From Trichoplax sp. H2 (taxonomy: Eukaryota): 64,000 nt of DNA. How positions within the stretch are numbered: position 1 is the stretch's first letter; every line of letters begins with the position of its first letter. This document shows positions 14,201 through 27,000 of this stretch, piece after piece. The position numbers were made by a program, and so were the translations under genes. The notes below the pieces were generated by a model. That model did not search any database and had not been told where the DNA came from. It saw only the letters and a program-made list of their open reading frames with translations. The stretch covers positions 372,001 to 436,000 of the forward strand of contig NOWV01000023.1 in assembly GCA_003344405.1 (NCBI GenBank). Direction: 5' to 3'.

Positions 14201-14795
14201 CCACGATCTTTATCAATTTCTTGATAGCTCAAAGATTCTACCGTCATTGCCACTCTCAGAGTAATGAACATCAAACTCTATACACTTATTTGCACATTCG
14301 AAAGTAATGTATACTGGAAAACACTTAAAGCCAGCTTATTGTCTTTAACTTTAATTTTATATAGGTGGTTTGAAACCTGTTATGCTGGAATACTACAAGA
14401 TTCTACATTACATCGGTAGTGATTTTGTTCATTGAATGATATGTAAATCATCCTATTATGTTAACGACTGCAATAACAAATTTTGACATATGTGTTATAG
14501 GATCCTAGATAAAGTTATCGCTGGTTCCAGACTTATTTTGTTGTTTGTAGCTATTACTATTTTGATATCTTTCAAAGAATCTATTATGACATGCAACGAA
14601 ATCGAAATGCTACCTAAAATAGTCAATGTATGTCACCTAACCTTGAAAAAATAATGTTAGCAATTGTTGTTTATAGCATTCAATTGCATTATCTGACACG
14701 TTATCATACTTAAATAGATTCCCTATGACAGAAGTGAAGCCATAGCGGCAAAATCGATCGAAACTTGGGAGAGATATGGAAGCTTATTAATATAG
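11225..14795 (+). CDS. TBC1D7: TBC1 domain family member 7 (TSC complex subunit), 8 coding exons
   Basis: Exons 11225-11336, 13168-13248, 13549-13727, 13859-13999, 14166-14260, 14365-14415, 14501-14627 and 14718-14795 join in frame. Motifs RNVRSNYYDTLGF, YRVIMWELLLGILP, LELED, WFETCYAGIL, RILDKVIAGSRLILLFVA and AIAAKSIETW match my recollection of TBC1D7. Confidence 0.92.
11810..12182. repeat. Diverged tandem repeat, 3 copies of about 125-140 bp, in TBC1D7 intron 1
   Basis: Recurring atgcaataa..atgagagtaaa.atttcaat..cagttaaa..cttgctcgataa..ctggcc.tgtcg blocks. Confidence 0.75.
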
Positions 14796-17700
14796 CAAGT
14801 AAAAGTTGTACGTTAAATGATACAATCTGTAATATTTATTAGCTTGGGTAACGTAGCAGAATAATCGTTAGGCTACTGTCTATATTGTCATTTAATGTTG
14901 AATTAGATGTTTTATAACTTATACAACGCGTTATTATTATAACAGGAGAAATTTTTTATAATCAATGACCGTCAAACTGGTTATTACCTTTGCAAAAATC
15001 CTTCTATTTTATAGGTCCAAAAGGTGTAATTACAGTATATTATATTTTATTGATGATTACAATTAATCAGTTCCATTATATTTGTAATTTACTGTTAGTT
15101 AACATTTTATTTTATTGAATCGAAGTAGATCTATTCGTACAAGATGGATAAACTTGTAATTGTTCTATCAAGGTATTGATATGTGTAGTACGTATAGATA
15201 TGATGTCTAGTTGCCTGTCTGTCGCTACTACAGTACGCTGATCCAGAAGTCGGTGCATGCGTAGCTATAAAAAAATTGGAGGTATATCCTTAGTTGTAGA
15301 TATTGTCACCTACATAGAAAAATACACAATTTATTGATATTTTGCAGTTACAGTGATTACATAAAAGACAATTCCAATTGGAGCGTTGCTTCAACTAGTT
15401 ATTAAAAATGAATTTCGTCTTATTGCCTACATGTACTCTGAAAATTTCATATACACTGTGAATATGGTTTTCTTGCAATGTATGTGATATGCAACTTTTT
15501 ACACACACTGCGCTAGCAATACTCGTTTTTAGTATCTTGTACTGAAAGTAACGGATAATAGGACACTATATAGAATATTGATCTATTAAGAAGTTAGATG
15601 TTTCAAACTTAAGCATGTATAGGTAACATAAAGTGTTAGCAAACTTTACAATTACGGAATTAATAAAATAATGCTTTTTAGACTGCATAGGACATATTTA
15701 CTTATGTAATGTATATGCCTGAAATGCTGTAATGACAGGTTTCACTTAAAATTATTTGACTATCAAATACGTTGAATCTGGAATGAGGCGTGGGTGTTTG
15801 ACTTTTGCCCGCAAAACATGGCATTTATGCGTCATTCTATGTCAATGATAAATGCGCATTGAAATTCTTATTGTTCATAGCTGTTAAACGACAACTGTCT
15901 TTCACCGAAACTGCTGTTATGAATTTTATACTGCAAGTATAAAATTTAACTGTTCACCAGGATAGTCATTACATGTGCAGATGGTCTCGATGTGAAGGAT
16001 AATGCAAACTTAGGCGATACCTTACTGACCTAACCATCTTTGTTTAAATAGCATTATTTGCATATCGTTAAATTACCCGAATTTGGCGATGTTTGCTGAA
16101 GCTTTGCTCGACTCTATTAAAGTTGGAATTTGGAATAGGTACAGCTGTTTATTCTTGAAATTTGGACGTTGAGATTTGAACTATATCTGTTTTAGGGAGC
16201 TAGTGCAAATTTGTAGTAGGGTATCTGATCGGAATTTGTAAAACTGCGGAAGATTCGATTAACTTAGGTTATTTTAATCATTCTTCTAGCTACTTACATC
16301 TATGATTATAGCCTTACTAATAAGGCGAGATCAATATATTTGACCTTAGTTTCTTATTTGCGGCCATTATTAATTGGAGGTAACAGATGAAGTCATTTGT
16401 TGACGTTTTGCTAAATCCTGACGTATGAAAATTGCGTAAATGCAGTTCAAATTGAGGCCATTTCTTACTTTTAAAAGGTTCTAGAAATGTTATTGTAAAC
16501 AATTATCTACAATAATATGACTGTAGATCTGAATTAGGTAATTTTATATTTTTGAAAGCGATTACTAAGCTGCAGCGTTATAGCAAAACTAGATTGCATG
16601 TGCATACAGCATAGTTAATATCGAATACATAAATGATCCTTGTGCCCCAGTTCTTTACTTGATTATAAGCAGATTAGACTGGAACATACTAATCTATCTA
16701 CTAAATTGATGTAGATGTAGCCATTCTGATCAAAGCTATCCTAGAATATTCTATCTGTAATAGGTGATTTCCTAGCAAACTAACGATCACTATTCTAGAT
16801 TGTATTCTCTCTTAATTTCTTTAGTTCACATGTCAGTTTTTTATTCTTCTATCATTGTCTTGTTTGCATATTTTATTGTGATGGTCAGTATCAACAAACC
16901 GCCCCTTGTCTATTATACTATCATTGTACAAGGCAGTGAGAAAGCATCTACGGCAATATGCTATGAAATTATTAACCGGCAAAGCTATAGAAGATAACCT
17001 TAAAATGTTCGTCTAGTCAATGAGAATAACAATCATTGATCAGCATAACTCCTTCCCCTTACTATGACGTCAGGTAGGCCATTAATACGCAAAGTGATTA
17101 TGCTAATTCGAGAAGTAGTTTAGACTAGAAGCATGGAAATGGCTATAATACAGCTATGCTAATGACTATCAATAGTGATCGATTTGGGGAATTACTTGAT
17201 GACTGTAACGGAAAGCTAGAATAATAACTCAACGTATAGTATAGACAGCTCAGTTAGCCAATAGTTATTTTAATAATGATCATTGTTTCATTCGTCCATT
17301 ACCTTTATATTAATAGATCATTTTAAAATGACTATTTTGTAATTAAAAGTATAACTATTGTATCCATTCTTAATTGGTAATTATTTTAGAAATTACTGTA
17401 CATTGGCAACAGGGAGATAACATCAATTTATCTATCGATTGAAAATTCAGAATTACTTTATTGTCACTGGTTACAACGTATTCTTGACTTGTGTGTATAA
17501 CTTTTTATCTAGCATATTAGTCTAATTTTTTTTATGATTTGCCTTTGTCTTCGTGACTGTACACAAAGGCAAGGTAGAATAAGGAGTACAAGGTGGACAA
17601 GAAATTAGTGTACGATTAAGTTAATCACGTTTAAAACGTCATATTGATAACTTAATAGCAACCCCGTTGAGGAAAGTAGCGCAAGGTAAAACTTTATGAT

Positions 17701-18081
17701 AGAAATTTTATATCTAAAGATTGAAAAATCGTCGTTTATTATTCAGTTTCTAGTACTAATCTTAATGTTAGGATACAATATTTCTCTATCAACATTGAGG
17801 ATTCTGATTTTATTCAATCATGGCTTCTTTTTTTAGCATTGTCCGCTCCTTATTTTCTTATTGAATTCTCCTTAACCGATTCAAGAATACACATATACAA
17901 GCACTTCAATAGAATTGGGATCGTCGAGATCTCTTGGCTATTATCGTGTTAGCTCCAGCTAGCAATATTTTTTTGGCTACTTTAACCCATCCAAGTTGAA
18001 AAACCCACATCGATTTCGATTGAAATCCTGGTGACGATAAATTATACCGGTTGTTGCTGCAAGACTTCATGTTGGTCAGTC

Positions 18082-21000
18082 ATGGAAGACTTGTCAACGC
18101 AAGAAATGCATCACTTAATTCGGCAGAAATTACAAGAATTGTTCTCAATATGTGATCCAGATAATCAGGGCTATATCACACTCGATGATCTATTAGTTCA
18201 AAAAGATCAATTATCTATTCCATCGGAACAAATGGGTATTATATTTGAGGCATTAGATAAAGATGGGCAGGGTTACCTGACGATGGAAGCATTTGTCGAT
18301 GGCTTAAGTACTTATTTGAGCCAAAATTTAGGTGGTGGTACTCAATCTCATGGCCAAAATGAAGCAAGTACGGACGATAAAGAACACGCGTTGCCAAATG
18401 TTGAAAACATAAACCAAGAACAGGAGTTAACCACGTATAGAAATCATAATATAAATAGCCTCATCGCCAATGCTGAGTCGGCAATCGATCAGGAAGATAC
18501 CGTCTTTGAATGTGATTTAAGTGGCGATGCAACAACAGATGCTGAAATTGAGGAATTTCTATCGGAAATGGGAATGAGAAACAATGCAAAGTAAGTTGTT
18601 ATATTACTGTTTTGCTTAGGGATATCTATTTGATTGATTTTTTTTTCTGGGACCCTTTGAATCGAATGAAGCTATTGTGGAAATAATTCGATAATTTATA
18701 TTAACGACCATATTATCCATTTCACGAACTATGACTCATTCTACTTGAGATTATACATTTATCTTCTTATTTTAAAATTAGCTGCAGTCTATAACGGCGT
18801 GGTTCTCTAACAGCTAAGCCAACAATTTTAAATTAAATCACAGTCATATCGCCATCATTTTACTTGGCATTCTTCCCTTAGTTCATTCCTGACCATATTT
18901 TTAGTGAATAATTTGTTAGGGTAGAATTAGTTCAAAAACCAATTCCAATGTTCACATTTACAACGGTCTTTAAGTAATTCTGAATAAGTTTCTTCTAGCT
19001 ATTAAGCTCTGATACAAGGAACATACGAATATGACCATATTCAATTTACCTGTATTTTCATTAAAAAAAGCCGAGGATTGGTTAATGATTTTATGGCTAT
19101 TTCATATCCATATTGATTTCTTTCTAAGAAATTACTTTGCATACTAAATACTCATTTTGCTGCAGTTCAGTATTCAAGAATTAATAATCAACTTTAATTC
19201 TACAGCAAATTAATTGGTTACTAAGATATTCTATAAATGATAGCTGCAGCAGATTAATCAACTAGACATTAAATACACTCGGTTATTTCGATAGATTTTC
19301 AATAGATGAAAGACAATGATAGCAATGCAAGAGACGAGTCTGATTTGTAGTTTATATTATTTTTATATTCTGGAGTTATCTTTTCCCCTGCCATTTAGCA
19401 CTTCATTTAACTCTATATGATTTCATTACTCAATACGAATTCGTAGCCATCGATGATCGTAGTCGCTGCTTGATTAAATCAAGTAGTCGTACCTAATGTT
19501 TTATGATATTTCTATTCATTTCCCGAGTACCTGATACGACGTGAGTACAAATCTGTACTTTAGGTGTCATCAATGAACATAGCTTAGTTTTAACCGCTGA
19601 TTCGTGTTAACGTTGATTTGTCCATTTCTATACTGTACTATGGCAGGAAGAAGCCATATTTATCAGATTTCATGTTTGCGATTGGCGTATAACTTGTTAG
19701 TAGTAAACAAGAGCTGTGCCAAATTATCATCCCCACCTGGTCCTCATCTAGATTTTAGTCTTTAATATTATTTTATCATCGTCGTCCATTTCCAACAATC
19801 ATGATCGTAAAGTCAGCTACGTATCTTGAAATACGTTGCATAATTCCCTAATCTCATTTTAAGTCTTGATAATAAGACAAGAAATCTTAAAAGCACGTTA
19901 TATTATCATTTACTGTTGCTGACAGTGCCTGCTGCTTTTATTATATGCATTATGAATCATCATTATTGTTGGCATTCTTTGTCATCTTTCAAGAAGTAAG
20001 CCAACCAGCTGCGTATATCTTACACCCTAATCCCCTAGATAAAGTGAATACTGTCGGATACATTTATAGTTAGTATATCAATGGATCAAACATGCTACGT
20101 TAATCTTTTTTTTCGATATTAATAACTTTCCTTCCGCGAATGAATAGCTCGGAAGCAAGATGGGGGTCTTTGCCTGTGATTAGTGGACAACAACAGGATA
20201 TAAACATCGTGGTCTAGATGTTATATAATTCATTTTAAATTTAACAGTGCCCTAATTGCTCAGGCCATAACGTTGACCGTCTGTGTATGGTAATTAATTG
20301 GAATTTATTTACCTTTCTCTTAGTAATGAAAGCTTTAGCTGGCTACCGTATCGACCACTTTTCCCTCAATTCATTACTGTACCCCAGTACTTAATTTTAA
20401 TCCAGTCCAAAATTTTACCTCGTTCTTGCCAAGGTTATCGAATAAGCATTAGCTGCCAACATATTTCTATGTTGCCCAAATTATCTCTTCCTTAAAAGTA
20501 TAAAGTAGTCGATGTAACATCTAAACTATTGATAACCCCAATAATCATTCTAAAAGCTTCCGTCAGTCATTGTCTACCTATGCAAAAATAATGTCACTAA
20601 TATTTAAGATAAAAAACTTGCTACATTTTATAGCGGTCTCAGGTGATCGTTTTTTATATTCATCTTACGTAATATTTATTTACTGAGTGCCGGTAAAAAT
20701 TAATTCGACAAATGGGATGCGACGATTAAATATCACTTAGATAATTAAAGCTACATAGATCATATAAGTTGTCAGTATTAGAAAATGTTAGATAAAATAA
20801 ATTAAGCAGACAAGATCTTAATATCTTCGTCCGATATTATCTAGGAGCAAAATCATTGCGGAAGGCGCATACCGTACTTAATAATCATTACAAACAAATA
20901 GAAATTCGGGGTAGAATGCTGTATACGTATTCTATTCGGAAATAGAATATACCGTATCACAAATTGAAACTCTTAAAATAATTTTCGATCTAATTTTATT

Positions 21001-24000
21001 CATAACTTGAGGTTTCACATTAGTTTGGAAAAAGATATGATCGATAGCATCTTTGCAGACAGAGAAAGGTCAATTTTACTCGTAAAGAGAAATGTTGCAT
21101 TAAGTCAATGATAATTTATAAGTTCAAACTAGTTTGTTTTTTACTTTGGGTCTTTCAATCGCTCTATCCAGCCTAGCAATTGAACGTTACGGTACAGAAA
21201 TAGAACAGAGAATTGAGAAAGAAAATTCTTAATTACAGACGATACTGTGCTTCGCTATATCAAAGAAATCATTAAATCATAATGTTAGATTGTATCTTCC
21301 GTAGAGTAGTTGTCATTATTTTTCACTGGATAGATTGCCACATCGCCCTGAGTTCTATTCGTGTAGCAGCTGCCATCTATTGGACTAGCAGTATATAGTC
21401 ATGCTTATGCACATATGCATATTAGGATATTTAAGATGAGGGAAGATGTTATGGTGGGTGTATATTGCCTAGAATAGCAATCATTTTTTTCGTTTTAATA
21501 CTGTAGATTGCCATGTCGTCCTCATTTCATTCGTAGAACTTCCCGATATGAATCGGCTTTAGAGCTTAGCGATGAAAATGGCCATCGTGCAAGATTTTTT
21601 ACATATGTATATCTGGACATTTTAATGCGAGATGAGCGTTGATGTCACTTTTACACTAGATGTGTCAAAGTAAAAAAAGAGAAGGCTGGGTACAAAAGTC
21701 GATATTTCCGGTCAATATCATCACTTGTCATTGCTTATTGCTTACTAATTTGAAAGAATTAATTAATACTCTATTTCGGATATCTTACTTGGGCCTGGTA
21801 CATTTTGATAGACAGATAAAATATCGAATCTATCCCGACTGAACTATAAACTATCTTCAATACGGTGCCTACTGTCGCCAACATCTCTAGTCATTTTCCA
21901 CAATAGATTAAATAATGATGAGAAAGAAATAATATGGTAAAGAGAAGAGTATTGTTTATTTATATCATAATCCTATGATAAGATGTCATTTATTATTGTT
22001 ACCTTTAAGATCTGCTCCATTGATTGTCCGATACGACAACAACATTATTATCTTAACTATAATGTAACGGATCGGGCATTAGAGCACTGTATTTTAGTCG
22101 ATGAATGAAGAAGGTCATTGGAGATTTGATTCCTTTCAAATCTAGTAATATCTTTTCGTTCTTTCTTTCTTAGCCTAACAATTAGTTAATTTCTGGGTTC
22201 TTTTACTCGTTAACTTTTCAATACACGTCAAAGTGTATTAAAATACAAGCAGGAAACTTGGATAGTATCGATTCAGTAAGCGAATCACTCCAGGGAGGGT
22301 TTAACCGCATAAGTAGGGATGACAGAATAATGTAAATGATCTTTTTTTTTTACAGGAAGACAACGGTATAACTTAATTAGAAATCCTTATGTTACTCTTG
22401 ATCGTAATATTATATTCGACGAACGTGAAAAGATGATAATATACAGTAATAGCTTTGAATAACTTGATTTTAGGAGCGTATTAACCCGTTGTTTTTATAC
22501 ATGAGTAATTGATGCGATAGGTAATGATGAAAAGGAATAGAGAGTATTAAAATACGAATCGTTTTCTAGTCTATTGGATATTGACGTGTTAGAAGTTTTC
22601 GATATATGAAGAGAAAATTAATTTAATTAGCAGCATCCTATTTGGCTAAGATCCTTTTACCGTGACTACTTCCGGCGATGCTAAATCATATAAGTTCACA
22701 TTTTGGGGAATAATTAGTAATTGCAAGTAATCTATACGATCATGTTTGCAAACCATGTCAGTAGACAGCTTAGCTGACAAGATAACTCTAGTTTAACTGC
22801 TGATCTATATCAAGAAAATACCATCTAGTAGCTAAATTCCCGTTGAATATAAATTCTGTCTTAGATGCTTATTATGGGCGGCAGTTATTTGCTACTATTC
22901 TCATGTTTTCACCGTTGCAATAGAATGATTAATCAATCACTAAATTTGGCTTCATTAATTATAGTAGCAGAATAGTGTCTTGAGCTAAACCTCAGGTGGC
23001 CTTATATTTATTTTCAGTGATTTATGACTGAATAGAAATGTGGCCACTGATAATTAATTAATGAATAAGCCTATTAGAGGATGTTGATGTAGTAATAAGA
23101 AAATAATCATAAATTGTTCAGTATTACATGATGGGTAAACTGAAGACTTTCGTAAGAACTGAATATGATAATCATTACTTTATAGGTACGAGAAACTGCT
23201 AAAAATAATATGGCCAAAAGTCAGAAATGATCCTAATATGTCGCCGCTATTTGAAGAATTTGTTGAATTAGTTTTTCTCGATATTCAAGAAGCCAAGACT
23301 AACTCTGATCATTTAGAAAATGCGCTAAGAAAGTAAGTGAAATACGAGCACATCGATGGCAGAACTATTATTATTTTGATATACCGGTATTATATGAGGT
23401 CTATTTATAGGGAATAAAAGTTGGACTTTATCTGTTATAGTTGCAGAAGATTTTACATGTAGCGTTATCGAGATATTTTTTTCGATCTAATTTCTTGTAT
23501 TTAGCTTAAAATTCATTACTGTAATCAATTTAACTATAATAATCATGTACCACCAAAGATATTGTTCTCATAGCAAGACATGCGGTACTCGTATATAGGA
23601 AATATCAATTGATATTTAATTAAAATTTATGATAATGCTATTCATCAGTTGATATACACTTCTATTGAATACTCTTCTCTTTATTGCTACTATAGAATTA
23701 GTTTCTTCCATTGTAGCTTATTGTACTATAGTATAGAATAAAAAAGTAATATTTTAAAGTTAATTGACTTCTAATTACCGGCAGTTTTAGTAGAGTAAGG
23801 TTTACTATTTGCTCTTGAAAGAATGATTCGATAGCTAACACTATGAAATAATGAAAACTTTATGCGGTGATCAAGCATTATTAATACTTCATTAGTAAAG
23901 AATAAAGAAATATTTCTTTATTTTTGAAAATATTGATGATGTTTTGACCAAGTTAAGAATATAAATTTATGATATGCCACATGCTTAAATCTTCTTTCAT

Positions 24001-27000
24001 ATTTTTTTGAAAAATGTAGTAAATATGAAGAATACGACAATGCTATGAAGTCTTTATTTGATGAAATGGAAATACAAATTATTAAAGAGAGAGAAAAAGC
24101 TAAAAGAGAGGTACCGCAATACCTGAATTACGGATTAAAATTAACTCTAACTGCTTAAGGAGATTAGATTTCAAAAGTTTCTTCTTTACTTTACAGCATA
24201 TAGTTGTTACTTTCTTCAATTACATATCGTGAAAAATTAACTTTATAACATGGTCGCTAAGACATATCATTACTTTTGGATCTATAGGAGGAGGTAAAGG
24301 AAAGAAAGATTCGCGAAAAATTACAACAAGAACTAAACGAACGAAATAGATTATTACAAGAAGTCATTAACACCAAAGAAAAGGTGTGTAAACGTTATTG
24401 ATACCCGTAATTATCGAGATAGAATCTTAGAAATAGCCATTAAACGTATATCCGAATCATATCGACATTGTCATAGCATATGGTGCAGAATATTAATATA
24501 TCTCTTGTAAACTATGGATACCCGTGCTTACTGAGATAGAATCTTAGGAATAGCTATTAAACATATATCGGAATCATATCAGCGTTATTGTCGTATACGA
24601 TACAAAATATTAGCGTACTTTTGTAAACTTTTCGGTATTTTTCGAGTAAGGTTTATAGTAATAGTAATTTATACCTAGTTCGAATTAAATTATTATTAGT
24701 CCTGTAAATATGTACAAACATTGATATGATTGAGAAAGACTTTAATATTTGGTGTAATTAGTAACGTAATATCATGAAATAGTAGATATTTCCAGCTAAA
24801 GACCGTTTCTACACGTATACTAGAGTTTTAATATTTCCATTTTAACTCATTATTATACTAATTATAAAAACACAGTTAAGACATAGGATAGAACAATTGT
24901 CAAACGTGGAAGATGAACATAAAGAAGAGAAGGAACGATTACTGAAAGTAAGCATTGTATCCTATTGCACCTTCTCTACTACGTATATCTCGTAGATACA
25001 TCGTCATCCAAGGCTATCTATTATCTTTGATTATTATGCTTGTACTACTACACTAGGAAAATCGAGATCTATCAAAATTATTAAAAGAATCACAAGAGAT
25101 AGTTAAAGTTCGACAGAGAGATATAGAGAGATTATCAGAGGAAAGTGAAAAGCAAAGAAAGGCTAGAATTAAGTATGCTCTTACTATTCTGTACTAGCCA
25201 AATCCTATCATTCATTTCTCCTAAAGCCTTAATTTTTACTTCGTAAGATGATAGTCAACATTTACAGCCTATCTCTGACTTATTGAAACTACTTACAGGA
25301 CAACACTTCGTATGTCAGCTGGATTAGCCAAAGAACATGAAAGCCTCAGGACGCAATTAACAAAATTACAGTAAGTAAAGCCAAAGCGATAGTTATCATG
25401 AATTAAAATTTGAATGTAAATCTATGACAGTTAAAAGAATGCATTCCTTCAGGTAAGTATTTCTGTTCTATTTACTCCGAAATTTGCATGAGTAAATTCT
25501 CAGAATTTGCTTGTAGTTCTATTTATATTTTAGTCCTATATACCATGTATACAGATCCATTATTCAATGTACAAGAGTGAGTAGTTGAGATTCGTTACAA
25601 ATTTTCTTATTATTATCCGTTGAGAGATCTTTGTGTTGGATTAAGAGAAACTATCTCATTCGTATCTAAATAATCGATAATTTTTGTTTTTCTAATATGG
25701 GTATATCCTATGTGTAGTTAGCAATAATTGCTTTGCTCGTATGCCTGTTAATTGATATATGAATTTGTTAGCTACAGATTTTTAAATAATTTTTAATGCA
25801 ATACTGACAATCTAAGTGATATCATAACGATAGAACAGTTAAGGAAACTTTTTACTGGCAGTATTTCTACGCTAAATACTAAAAAAATAATCTTAGGGAA
25901 ATGAATCAAAAATTAAGAGATGATAAAGATGCATTAATACATGATAGTAGCCCTCCAGCTACAAATGGTAATCGGTCTATCCAGGTAAGCTAATCAAGAT
26001 AGGGTGGAGAAAAATAAACTGGTAGTAAAGATTAGTGATCATAGCATTTAAAGATTAAAAATTTACAGGCCTCCATACTGCCAGACAGCTGGAAAGCTGA
26101 AAATCATTCACATATAAATGGACAACAGAAGGGTAGTCCCACGTTAGCAAAGGTAACTATGATTGTATTGCACGTTATTTTGATCTTACATCTTTTTTTA
26201 GCTCACTAAAACTTAATTTCTTCAAATTTAGTTATGTCATATAATAATATGTCAAAAAATCGAGCTCTTCCTTTATATCTATCTTGATTTGTTTGCTAGA
26301 GACTAGTTGGTGGGAATCGTCCATTGTCTAGAGCTGGTTCTTTAATGTCAAAGTATTTCCCTCATGGCCGAAAACGACAAGAGTAAGTTAAGAGTAATGT
26401 AAAATTGTTTTATTCTTTCGTTTTGAAACGTTTAGCTATTTTTTTACCACGGATTTTAATTTCAGAGAAGTAGTTAGGTATAAATGTCATTAATGGTACA
26501 ATACAACTAGTTCAAACATTTCCTGTAATTTAGCCAACTCTATAATTTTTACAAGGCCTCTTCGATTACCTAATGAAGGTCAAGCCAAGCGTAACCTCTG
26601 ATTTTAGAGAGAAATTCCCTCTAATTTTCGCTTTCTGCGATCGAATACAATAAATTGTGCTAGCTTATGATCCTATTTAATACGCTTTATTTGCGGCCTA
26701 TTTCCATTTCTAAGATCGATCGCCATAAACTGTGTTAGTTTAAGATTTAATCTCCATATGTTTTACTTATTGTCAATTTCGCCTTCTGAGATCGAATACC
26801 ATGAATTGCGCTAGTTTATGATTCTATATTCATATGCTTTTACTTACTCCCAATTTCGCTTTCAAAGATCGAATGTCATAAATTTAGTTTATGATTTTAT
26901 TTACATATGTTTTACTTACTGCCTATTTCGAGAGCGAATGTCATAAATTGCTCTAGTTTTTGATTTTACTATCATATGCTAAAATTACTACCTATTGCGT

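Noticed and set aside
18031..18081. GTG-initiated N-terminal extension of the large Rab
   Set aside because: The ORF track allows non-ATG starts; the first ATG at 18082 is in good context, although an upstream exon cannot be excluded.
18591..23185. Nested gene or transposon in the 4.6-kb first intron of the large Rab
   Set aside because: Only short featureless ORFs; no terminal repeats or transposase/RT motifs seen.
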